A stretch of 64,000 nucleotides of DNA from an uncultured delta proteobacterium (lineage in GTDB: Bacteria; Myxococcota; B64-G9): NCBI GenBank assembly GCA_963754925.1, contig CAVWHX010000006.1, positions 1 to 64,000 of the forward strand. Direction: 5' to 3'. Positions 29,668 through 38,298 of the stretch are shown one piece after another (positions within the stretch are counted from its first letter, which is position 1; the number at the start of each line of letters is the position of its first letter). A program made the position numbers and the translations under genes. The notes beneath the pieces were generated by a model. It made no database searches. It was not told where the DNA came from and saw only the letters and a list, made by a program, of their open reading frames with translations.

Positions 29668-30766
29668 AACGGCGCCTCGTTTCGCTTTCATTCACTTGGT
29701 AGTATTCCTTGCAGGCGTACAGTGTGTTGACCAATTCGCCGTCTATACAGAGCTTCACGAGATCGCAGATTTTGTTCCGCCGGCAGTTGACCTGTTGGTA
29801 ACGATCGCACTCGCAAAAATGTGAGACCACCCGGGTCACCTGGTCAATGCCTCTAAATGTTGTGTCGGCCGAGACTGCTTTTCGGGCCATGAGCGCCATG
29901 CCGATGGCGCCCATGACATTGTGGTATCGAGGAACCGTAATCGTACAGGGCTCGCCCCGCGCCTCCTCGAGACATTGCTCCAGAGCTTCCTTGACGCCTC
30001 TATTCGCCGCAACCCCGCCCTGAAAGACAATGGGGGTTTTGAGCTTCTTTTTGTCGATGCCGAGGGTGGAGAAAAAATTGTGCGCGAGCGAACGATGCAG
30101 GCCGGCGATAATGTTTTCTTTGGTATTTCCTTTCGCTTGTTCTGAAATCAGATCACGGCCTACGAACACGGTGCACATGCTCGAGAACTGATAGGGCTTG
30201 CGCGCCCGAAGCGCAACCGTGCCGAAGGAATCAATGGGTATTCCGAGTCGTGCCGCCTGCGCATCAAGAAACGCGCCCGTTCCCGCGCCGCACTTTTTAT
30301 TCATCCCGGCTTCATCGAGTTGGCCATCTTTTATATACATTACTTTTGAATCCTGGCCGCCGATATCGAATATCACCTGAGCGCCGGGCACGAGGTGCAC
30401 GGCGGCTTCTGCATGCGCGTCAAGCTCGGTCTCGTAAAGGTCGGCATTCAACATAGCCATGGCGATTTCGTGTCCGCTGCCGGTAACACCGGTTCCCCGG
30501 ATTTTCATATTCGACGGTAAGCTCGCAAACACGTTCAATATCGATTTCTTGATGTTGTTGACGACATCGCCCTCGGTCAGGGTGTAGTCGGTTTCGAGGA
30601 CGACTCCCGCTTCGTCGATCACCGCAGTATTGATGGAAATTGAGCCGGCATCGAGTCCGAGGTAACCGGACAGGGTGTCCGAATGCGTTCGTTTGGTAAG
30701 TGGTGAAAACTTGTTTTCGGCCTCTACTTTTTCTGATTGTTGTCCAATTTGGCTACTAAGGTTCAT
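29660..30766 (-). CDS. ATP-dependent dehydratase activator (HgdC/BadF/BadG/BcrA/BcrD ATPase)
   Basis: GLDAGS, TGSG, DIGGQDSK, KCGAGTGAFL, MCTVF, FQGGVAAN, MGAIG. Confidence 0.9.
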   Translation of the reverse strand: MNLSSQIGQQSEKVEAENKFSPLTKRTHSDTLSGYLGLDAGSISINTAVIDEAGVVLETDYTLTEGDVVNNIKKSILNVFASLPSNMKIRGTGVTGSGHEIAMAMLNADLYETELDAHAEAAVHLVPGAQVIFDIGGQDSKVMYIKDGQLDEAGMNKKCGAGTGAFLDAQAARLGIPIDSFGTVALRARKPYQFSSMCTVFVGRDLISEQAKGNTKENIIAGLHRSLAHNFFSTLGIDKKKLKTPIVFQGGVAANRGVKEALEQCLEEARGEPCTITVPRYHNVMGAIGMALMARKAVSADTTFRGIDQVTRVVSHFCECDRYQQVNCRRNKICDLVKLCIDGELVNTLYACKEYYQVNESETRRRYG

Positions 30767-30805
30767 ATTAACGCCCTCCGTTTTTGGCAGTTGATAAACG
30801 TGCTT

Positions 30806-31864
30806 CTAGGAATTTTTAGCGGGGTCCGGTCTCTCGCTTGTTGCGGCGGTAGCGTCTTCGGCGTCTTCCTCGGGCGGTATGAAAAACCTCTTTTGGCTCT
30901 TCCGTTCCCCGACGAAGCCGTTGAAGAGCACCTCGAGTATCACCGGCACTTCAGCGCGTAAGGGATACTCCATGCGACACCTGAACCACTTCTGCACCAC
31001 GCCATCGATGAAACCGAGGATTCCATACCATACGGTATAAAAGCTGGTGGTCTTCACTTCGCCCTTTTTATTCAATGAGACGATGCGCTCTTTGATCATC
31101 GGCAGATTGGAAATGAGATAATCATAAAACAAAGCCTTGTTGCCGGCTCTCCGAACGATGCGTTCGCTTTGGATGATACGGTAGAGGACATGATTTTTTT
31201 CTATGAAGTCGATATAACATTCAATGGTTTCTTGAATCTGCGCTATTATATTGTCCTCGCGGGAAAAGATTTCACTGAACGTGCTGACTATTTCCTGACT
31301 TTTTTCGAGCAGCAGTTGGTCGATGAGATCTTCCTTGCTCTTGAAAAAGATGTAAACCGTACCTTTCGCGACCCCGGCGAGTTCAGCGATCTTTTCCATG
31401 GTCGCCTCGTGAAATCCAAATTCGCCGAACAGCCGAAGAGCGGCATCAAATATCTTCTTCTTTTTTTTATCGGGTTGGTTCTTTTTTTCCGGACCGGCCG
31501 ATGCCCTTGAAAGAATTCGTTGTAGTTTAGCGATCGGGAGGGTAACGGTATTGACATTCATCTTGGCCGATTCATCCACCGCGGCCTGGAACAACCTGAA
31601 AGAGGCGTTGAAGATTTCTTTCTCCTCAAGATATCCCAAGACTTCTTCGAGGTATGAGGACAGCCATTCCCTGGCTCTCTCAGGGAACGAGTTTGATTCA
31701 CCTTGGTCTAGTAAGTTTTCTAACGCTTCATGCACGACCGCGCGGAACGCTGACTCATTCAATTCACCGTCGACCGAAAAATACTTTCCGATCTCGCCAT
31801 AGAGCGGCAATCGCCGCCCGCCGGATTTTATTTGGATACTCCCTGTTTCATCTGTTGAAGTCAT
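30806..31864 (-). CDS. TetR/AcrR family regulator with ~130-aa N-terminal extension
   Basis: IFDAALRLF..GFHEATMEKIAELAGVAKGTVYIFFKSKEDL HTH. Confidence 0.88.
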   Translation of the reverse strand: MTSTDETGSIQIKSGGRRLPLYGEIGKYFSVDGELNESAFRAVVHEALENLLDQGESNSFPERAREWLSSYLEEVLGYLEEKEIFNASFRLFQAAVDESAKMNVNTVTLPIAKLQRILSRASAGPEKKNQPDKKKKKIFDAALRLFGEFGFHEATMEKIAELAGVAKGTVYIFFKSKEDLIDQLLLEKSQEIVSTFSEIFSREDNIIAQIQETIECYIDFIEKNHVLYRIIQSERIVRRAGNKALFYDYLISNLPMIKERIVSLNKKGEVKTTSFYTVWYGILGFIDGVVQKWFRCRMEYPLRAEVPVILEVLFNGFVGERKSQKRFFIPPEEDAEDATAATSERPDPAKNS

Positions 31865-31882
31865 TTTTCATTCACCATTTTT

Positions 31883-31940
31883 ATGACTGACCGCCCAGTC
31901 ATTTTTGTGTATATATAGACGGCACGCATTTTTTTGTCAA
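31883..31940 (-). promoter_or_regulatory. Sigma70 promoter plus palindromic operator upstream of the tetR-dehydratase operon
   Basis: TTGACA (31935-31940)-N17-TATATA (31912-31917) on the minus strand; ATGACTG-N6-CAGTCAT at 31883-31902. Confidence 0.7.
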
Positions 31941-32095
31941 GAAATTCTTTAGAGACGGATGTTTTGTTAGAAATAAGTTATTGAAATATTTACTCTATCT
32001 GTTCTGATTATCTGAATAACTTATGAAGCTTTGGATGATCCCTCAGGGAATAAAAGATGAATCAAACGGGGGATAGACCTACGATACGGACGTAT

Positions 32096-32878
32096 TTAAA
32101 CGAACAAGAAACGTTGGAGCGACTGGAAGAAGTTCGCCAGGACGACGGGCTGACGTAGGAACATGTCTGCCCCAGCCTTGTAGGCAGCCTTTTGATTTTC
32201 CGGGGTATTTTGCCCTGTAGCAATGATGGGTAAAGCACAAAAGGACTCGTGGTCCCTGATAAGTTTGATGAGCTCCTGGCCTTTCAGTTCCGGTTGATCG
32301 ATCTTGACGATGATCATATCGAAGGCCAGGTCAAAGCTATCTTTGGCAGCCTCGGCTTGGATCTTTTCCCAGGCCATTTCGCCATTAATGGCGTCATGAA
32401 TCATGATGCTGCGATGCTTTTTGATCTCGAGGTTGGTATAGGCGAGCAATGCCGAGTGGTACATCTCCCGCGCTTTGTCGTTGTCCTCGACCAACAAAAT
32501 TTTAAAGGGCACTTGTTGAGCCGTCAGCGGCGACGGCTCGGAAAGCTTGTGGACGAGGCCCTTGATATGTTGCGATTCCTCGCTCGAATGAGAGCGAAAG
32601 GAAACCCCAATGCCAGCCGGCACTCCATTGTTGGCCTCGTCGGTTTTTCTCTGCCAGCATACCTGCCCGTGGCAGAGGAATGGTTTCAATAAACCCGGAA
32701 ACGATACTTGGAAGCTGATTTCATCGCCTACCTCAAACTGTTTGTTAGTGGCGACAAAAACGCCGCCTTCGCTGGCGTTGAAGGCGTAGTCCTCTAAAAA
32801 TGCCTCTGGGTCGTCATACGTGACAGACAATAAAACATCCAATCGGGGACTTTGTCTTTTTTCTTCTGAATAGGTCAC
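32096..32878 (-). CDS. PilZ domain (Myxococcus TIGR02266-like) plus atypical receiver domain, paralogue 1
   Basis: RQSPR and NASEGG c-di-GMP motifs, V.W.R, GIGVSF; ILLVEDN..AGADMFLRQP. Confidence 0.82.
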   Translation of the reverse strand: MTYSEEKRQSPRLDVLLSVTYDDPEAFLEDYAFNASEGGVFVATNKQFEVGDEISFQVSFPGLLKPFLCHGQVCWQRKTDEANNGVPAGIGVSFRSHSSEESQHIKGLVHKLSEPSPLTAQQVPFKILLVEDNDKAREMYHSALLAYTNLEIKKHRSIMIHDAINGEMAWEKIQAEAAKDSFDLAFDMIIVKIDQPELKGQELIKLIRDHESFCALPIIATGQNTPENQKAAYKAGADMFLRQPVVLANFFQSLQRFLFV

Positions 32879-33084
32879 CGAGTGCCTCCCTTTGCTAGAA
32901 CTACAAAGATAATCTTCCCAAAAAATAAGATATTCAGCGAGAAAATATTATACATAGACTCATCCTTTTTTGCAAGAGTTAAGCTTCAGCCGTGTTAAGA
33001 ATATCTCTTGATGCGCACTGTTTCAAGATGTCTGAGGATTATAAAAAGGCTCGTATTATTATGGCTAGATTTTAAATGACGTTG

Positions 33085-33867
33085 CTAAATGAACAGGAAC
33101 CGCTGGAGCGACTGGAAGAAGTTAGCTAGGGTAACTGGTTGGCGTAGGAACATGTCTGCTCCGACTTGGTATGCCGCGGTTTTGTTTTCATCGGTGTCTT
33201 GGCCGGTGGCGATGATAGGCAGGGCGCAGAACGATTCGTTTTCCCGGATGAGTTTGATGAGCTCCTGACCCTTCAGATGGGAGGGCCCGATCTTGACGAT
33301 AACCATGTCGTAGGCCAGATCAAAACACTCGTCGGTAACCTCGGCCTTGATCATGTTCCAAGCTTTCGCGCCATCATCGGCGTCATGGATGACTATGGCG
33401 CGGCACTTGCCGAGTTCGAGGTGGTTGTATACCTCGAGCGCCGCGTGGAACATTTCACGGAGCTGTTGATCGTCTTCAACCAATAAAATTTTATACGGAT
33501 CTTGTTGCGTTGCGGGTAACGAAATGTTGGAAAGCTTCTCGACGAGGCTCTTGAAGCGTCGCGATTCCTCGCTCGTTTGGGAGAGAAAGGCAACGCCGAT
33601 ACCAGCGGGCTCCCCGTCCTTGGCATCTTCGGGTTTTCTCTGCCAGCACACCCGCCCGTGGCATTGGAATGGTTTTAGCAATCCCGGGAACGAAACTTCG
33701 AAGCTGATTTCATCGCCAACCGAAAACAACTTGTTGGTGGCGATGAATACCCCGCCTTCGCTGGCGTTGAATGCATAGTCGGCAAGAAATGTTTCCTGAT
33801 TTTCATAGGTAACTGACAGCAGTATATCCAAACGTTTATTTTGTCTCTTATCTTCTGGATGGCTCAC
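33085..33867 (-). CDS. PilZ domain plus atypical receiver domain, paralogue 2
   Basis: RQNKR, NASEGG; colinear 260-aa paralogue of 32096-32878. Confidence 0.82.
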   Translation of the reverse strand: MSHPEDKRQNKRLDILLSVTYENQETFLADYAFNASEGGVFIATNKLFSVGDEISFEVSFPGLLKPFQCHGRVCWQRKPEDAKDGEPAGIGVAFLSQTSEESRRFKSLVEKLSNISLPATQQDPYKILLVEDDQQLREMFHAALEVYNHLELGKCRAIVIHDADDGAKAWNMIKAEVTDECFDLAYDMVIVKIGPSHLKGQELIKLIRENESFCALPIIATGQDTDENKTAAYQVGADMFLRQPVTLANFFQSLQRFLFI

Positions 33868-34058
33868 GGAGAGTCTCCCCTTTTCAGAACTACGTAGATT
33901 GTCTCACTAAGCACCATAAGACTTTTGTTGAGCTGTATAATTATAAAACAGTTTGTTCTTGCTTGCAAGGAGTTGGCCTACCCTGACGTGCCCCCCGAAA
34001 ACTGGACCATTTTCAATGAGAGTTCCTTCGGCTAGAATGCCGGAAAGGAGCTTGCTCA

Positions 34059-34325
34059 ATGAAAGGGAAACGGTTTTCTGAGGATAAGATCATCGGGATA
34101 TTGAAAGAAGCCGAAGCGGGGGTGAAGCTGTCTGATCTGTGTCGTACGCATGGCTTCTGCGAACAAACGTACTACCGTTGGAAATCCAAGTACGGCGGGA
34201 TGGACGTCAGCGAGGCGCGGCGGCTGAAGCAGCTTGAGGAAGAAAACCGAAGGCTGAAGCGTGCCGTGGCCGATCTCACTCTCGACAACCAGATCTTGAG
34301 GGATATCAACTCAAGAAAATGGTGA
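34059..34325 (+). CDS. IS3 transposase OrfA (HTH)
   Basis: RFSEDKII.ILKE, TYYRWKSKYGGM, RLKQLEEEN.RLK. Confidence 0.92.
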   Translation: MKGKRFSEDKIIGILKEAEAGVKLSDLCRTHGFCEQTYYRWKSKYGGMDVSEARRLKQLEEENRRLKRAVADLTLDNQILRDINSRKW

Positions 34326-35230
34326 AGCCCGCAGCGCGAAAGCAGGCCGTTGTGCATGCCCGCGAGGAATTTGGGGTGAGCGAACGACGCGCCTGCGGGC
34401 TGATGAGGATCGGGCGATCGAGCTTTCGGTACCGTTCGGTAGGCCAACTGTATCCGCAGTTGCGGGAGCGTCTTTTAGAGCTTGCGGCGCAGCGGGTACG
34501 CTTCGGATATCGACGGTTGCAGGTGTTATTGCGGCGGGAAGGGTATGTGGTGAATCACAAGCGGGTGTATCGGCTGTATCGGCAAGAGGGATTGAGCGTG
34601 AGGAAGAAGCAGCGCAAGAGATACCGGAGCATCGCGCGGCAGCCGCTGCGTCTTCCGGAAGGACTCAACGAGCGATGGTCGATGGATTTTCTATCTGATT
34701 GTCTCTCAGATGGGCGACGGTTGAAGGTGTTGAGCGTGCTGGATGAATTCAGTCGAGAGAGTCTTGCCTTACCCGTAGACACGTCCATTTCCGGCAGCCG
34801 GGTGGCCAGGATTTTGGACGATATTGCCGCTGAACGGGGTAGGTATCCCGAAGCGATGGTGACGGATAACGGTCCGGAGTTCACGAGTCGTGCGCTGGAC
34901 CTCTGGGCGTACCGGCATGGGGTGCAGTTGCATTTTATCGAGCCAGGCAAGCCGGTGCAGAATGCCCTGATCGAAAGCTTCAACGGCAAATTTCGAGATG
35001 AATGTCTCAATCAACATTGGTTTATAAATCTACAAGATGCTCGTAATAAAATCGAATCATGGCGGATGGATTACAATCATGTGCGGCCACACAGCTCGCT
35101 CGGACAGGAGACACCGGCGGAGTTCGCGCGACAGTTTTCAGAGCTTCGGTCGCCTCCGGCTCCCTTCGCTCTGAAAACTGTTGTTGCTATGGATAAAGGA
35201 ACGATGGTTAACCATGAACAACTCTCATAG
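34319..35230 (+). CDS. IS3 transposase OrfB (DDE/rve)
   Basis: WSMDF, DEFSRE, TDNGPEF, PGKPVQN..IESFNG; -1 frame relative to orfA. Confidence 0.92.
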   Translation: MVKPAARKQAVVHAREEFGVSERRACGLMRIGRSSFRYRSVGQLYPQLRERLLELAAQRVRFGYRRLQVLLRREGYVVNHKRVYRLYRQEGLSVRKKQRKRYRSIARQPLRLPEGLNERWSMDFLSDCLSDGRRLKVLSVLDEFSRESLALPVDTSISGSRVARILDDIAAERGRYPEAMVTDNGPEFTSRALDLWAYRHGVQLHFIEPGKPVQNALIESFNGKFRDECLNQHWFINLQDARNKIESWRMDYNHVRPHSSLGQETPAEFARQFSELRSPPAPFALKTVVAMDKGTMVNHEQLS

Positions 35231-35364
35231 AGAGTGGTCCTATGAACGGGGGCACGTCAACCCCTCGAGTTAAGATTTCCCTGTGTTGACAGGACCCCCT
35301 AGCATACCCAGATTAGAAAATGATCGGGTAACTGCCTGGATTGCCGACCAATCGCAGGTGAGAG

Positions 35365-36396
35365 ATGAAAAAGCCCATTCTTATTCTTATTACCGCGCTT
35401 GGCCTGGTTGTTTACCATGGTAGCTTATATGCACAGGAGGCAGCAATGCCTAATAACTATAAAAAGCCTTCTCAATCCGAGTTAATACAAAACCTTACAC
35501 CGTTGCAAATCCAAGTAACTCAAGAAGCGGGCACCGAGCCGCCCTTTCAGAATGCATTCTGGAACGACCACCGCGAGGGCCTGTATGTCGATGTCGTCTC
35601 AGGCGAGCCCTTGTTTTCGTCAAAAGATAAATTCGATTCAAGCTGTGGTTGGCCGAGCTTCAGCAAACCCCTTGCCGGCACCGACCTCGTTGAGAAGCGC
35701 GACACCGCTCAGGGGATGACGCGCATGGAGGTCCGCTCAAAAGGCGCCGACTCGCACCTCGGCCACGTCTTCGACGATGGTCCGGCGCCCACGGGGTTAC
35801 GGTACTGTATTAACTCGGCGGCGCTCCGCTTCATTCCGGTGGATGACTTGGAGAAAGACGGTTATGGAGCATACCTCCCTTTCTTCGGCAAAGAGGAGGC
35901 CGAGCGGAAGGTCGAAGTCGCCACGCTGGCCGGCGGCTGCTTTTGGGGGATGCAGGAGTTGTTGCGCCAACAACCGGGCGTCATCAGTACTGAAGTGGGT
36001 TACACCGGCGGCGATATGCCGACGCCGCATTACGAGGACGTGAAGACCGGCCGCACGGGCCATGCCGAGTCCGTGGAGATCACATTCGACCCCAGCAAAA
36101 CCAGTTACGCGGCTATTCTTCGTTTCTTCTTTCGCATGCACGACCCGACAACACCCAATCGCCAGGGCAACGATATCGGCAGCCAATATCGCAGCGCGAT
36201 CTTTTATCACAACCAGGAACAGAAACGCATCGCCGAGAAAATCAAGGCCGAGGTGGCGAGTAGCGGGAAGTGGAAAAACCCGGTGGTCACCGAAATAGTC
36301 CCGGCAACCACCCCCTTTTTTCCTGCCGAGGAATATCATCAAGACTACCTCCAGAAGCACCCCAACGGGTACACCTGCCATTGGGTGAGGGAGTAA
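35365..36396 (+). CDS. msrAB: Fused methionine sulfoxide reductase MsrB-MsrA, with signal peptide
   Basis: [26 protein letters not shown] followed by [29 protein letters not shown]. Confidence 0.93.
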   Translation: MKKPILILITALGLVVYHGSLYAQEAAMPNNYKKPSQSELIQNLTPLQIQVTQEAGTEPPFQNAFWNDHREGLYVDVVSGEPLFSSKDKFDSSCGWPSFSKPLAGTDLVEKRDTAQGMTRMEVRSKGADSHLGHVFDDGPAPTGLRYCINSAALRFIPVDDLEKDGYGAYLPFFGKEEAERKVEVATLAGGCFWGMQELLRQQPGVISTEVGYTGGDMPTPHYEDVKTGRTGHAESVEITFDPSKTSYAAILRFFFRMHDPTTPNRQGNDIGSQYRSAIFYHNQEQKRIAEKIKAEVASSGKWKNPVVTEIVPATTPFFPAEEYHQDYLQKHPNGYTCHWVRE

Positions 36397-36529
36397 CGTT
36401 GACAAGTTCCTAGAAGCGGCAGTAAACTAAAAACATACGTTGAAAGTTAAGGGGAGCAATTGGAATACCATTTTGAAAAACCAAGGGTTTGATCTGACTA
36501 TTTGCTGGTGAAAAACAAGGACGGTAGCC

Positions 36530-37106
36530 ATGGTGCAAATTAAGGGGATTCCGATGCTTGATACGGTGAGATCCTCAAAACAATTCTTCGGTGAAGGAGA
36601 ATATCAGAGACTTGTTGGATTGTTGAATCCTGAGGCAAAAAAAGTCTTCCAAGAAGGGATAGTTGCTTCAGAATGGTATCCGCTTGAGGTATACACCAAT
36701 TTACTGGAACTGATTGTAAAAGAAAAACACAAGGGAAACGTGTTGATTCTTGCGAAAGGGTCCGCGAAAGTAATTGAAAAACATTTCCGGGGTATTTATG
36801 CGGTTTTTGTTAAACTTGGTTCGCCGGAATATTTTATTAAAGAAACTAGCTACTTTTACTCAGTCGATGTTTAAGGGTGTAATCGCGGAAAGAAAAGCGG
36901 TTGACCGAGGCAAAATGGTAGTCAAATACAATGGATTTCAAAAACAGCACGCTATTTTTGAATATGTTATCATGGGATTTTATCAAAAAGGGCTCGAGCT
37001 CAGCGGAGCCAAAAATGTTAAGGCACTATTTACGACGTCCGTTGCCCAAGGCGAGGGGTATTCGGAGCTGACGATTACCTGGGACTCCAAATCATTTTTC
37101 AGGTAG
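36530..37106 (+). pseudogene. Hypothetical protein (myxobacterial TIGR02265-like), frameshift near 36840
   Basis: QIKG..ASEWYP..GIYAVF then, in another frame, KKLATF..GFYQKGLELSGAKNV..ELTITW. Confidence 0.6.
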
Positions 37107-37284
37107 TTCCTTCCTTTCGCCAAAAATCCATCGCTTACTGAAAAATGAATAGTGACACCTTGACCGATTAATGATCGGTCGCGGGCAACGGTAGACTTGT
37201 GCTTACCAGAAGATCTTGCTAGAAGGAAAAAGGGTCATATCTTATTATGGGATGGATGTTCTCGCCGGTGAATGAGGAGGAAGT

Positions 37285-38130
37285 ATGGCCACCGTTGAAC
37301 TTACCAAAGATAACCTCGACAGTACGATTGCCAACAATAGTATTGTCTTCATCGATTTTTGGGCCGAATGGTGCGGTCCCTGCAAGGCGTTCGGTCCGAT
37401 ATTCGAGAAAGCCTCGGATGCGCATCCGGATATTGTCTTTGCCAAGTGTAATACCGAGAAGGAGCCGGAGGTGGGCGCGGCCTTCGGCGTGCAGTCGATC
37501 CCCACTCTGGCAATTTTACGCGACCAGATTCCCGTTTTTATTCAAGCTGGCGCCTTACCGGCATCTGCCTTGGAGACGATCATCCAACGCGTCAAGGACC
37601 TGGATATGAACCAGGTTCGGGCCGAGGTAGCAAAAATAAGCGACCAGCAGGGTGGTCAGGGTCGAAGCGCGGAAGGTCCTCAAGGATCGCCGGAACGCGG
37701 TCGCCCGATGGCCGCCGCCCCACAAGCGGCGGGAAAACGGCTAAGTCCTCAGGGGGCGCAGACCCAGCAAAAAAAGCCGCTTTACATGCCGACCGTTGTC
37801 GCGGTCCAGGAGACCGGCAAGGCATTGGCTCAACTCGCGGATGATCCCCTTCTTCGGCGCCAGGGGGTTTCCCGCGAGTTTCTTCAAGCCCTTCAGACTG
37901 AAGCAGGCGAAGAACCCGGACACGACGTGGCCCGACGGGTGCTTCAGATCTATGAGCGGCTGCGTCAGATAATTCGTGAGCACGGCGAGGTTGATGGGCG
38001 CCCGCTCGCCCGGCGCGAGTTTGATCAGGTTGGTTTCAACGCCGAAACCCAGCTTGCCGGCCTGCCGGTTGAGATCCGCAGCGAAACGCGTGCAGTGCTG
38101 CGCGCCATTGCAGAACTTCTATCTTCGTAA
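37285..38130 (+). CDS. Thioredoxin with long C-terminal extension
   Basis: DFWAEWCGPC, SIPTL; GAGGAGG RBS; ~160 extra residues. Confidence 0.85.
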   Translation: MATVELTKDNLDSTIANNSIVFIDFWAEWCGPCKAFGPIFEKASDAHPDIVFAKCNTEKEPEVGAAFGVQSIPTLAILRDQIPVFIQAGALPASALETIIQRVKDLDMNQVRAEVAKISDQQGGQGRSAEGPQGSPERGRPMAAAPQAAGKRLSPQGAQTQQKKPLYMPTVVAVQETGKALAQLADDPLLRRQGVSREFLQALQTEAGEEPGHDVARRVLQIYERLRQIIREHGEVDGRPLARREFDQVGFNAETQLAGLPVEIRSETRAVLRAIAELLSS

Positions 38131-38298
38131 GCATCTTCGTCGGTTCATACATCCTTCGAAAACGGCGAAAGAATTCTTCGATCTTCACAAACAACTGGTA
38201 TACGGTTCAGAAATAATTTGCGAAAACACCGAGGGTATGGAAAACAATCCATCACCGGCGGTGAACGCGAGGCCGTTAATTTTCGGGAGGACTGGACG

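Larger units (their letters stand above)
33984..35259 (+). mobile_element. IS3-family insertion sequence (IS407-like), 1276 bp
   Basis: Ends TGACGTGCCCCC...GGGGGCACGTCA; ACCC duplicated at 33980-33983 and 35260-35263; orfA/orfB layout. Confidence 0.93.

Noticed and set aside
27297..30766. Class I benzoyl-CoA reductase call
   Set aside because: Only one ATPase subunit and no dch/had/oah or benzoate-CoA ligase nearby
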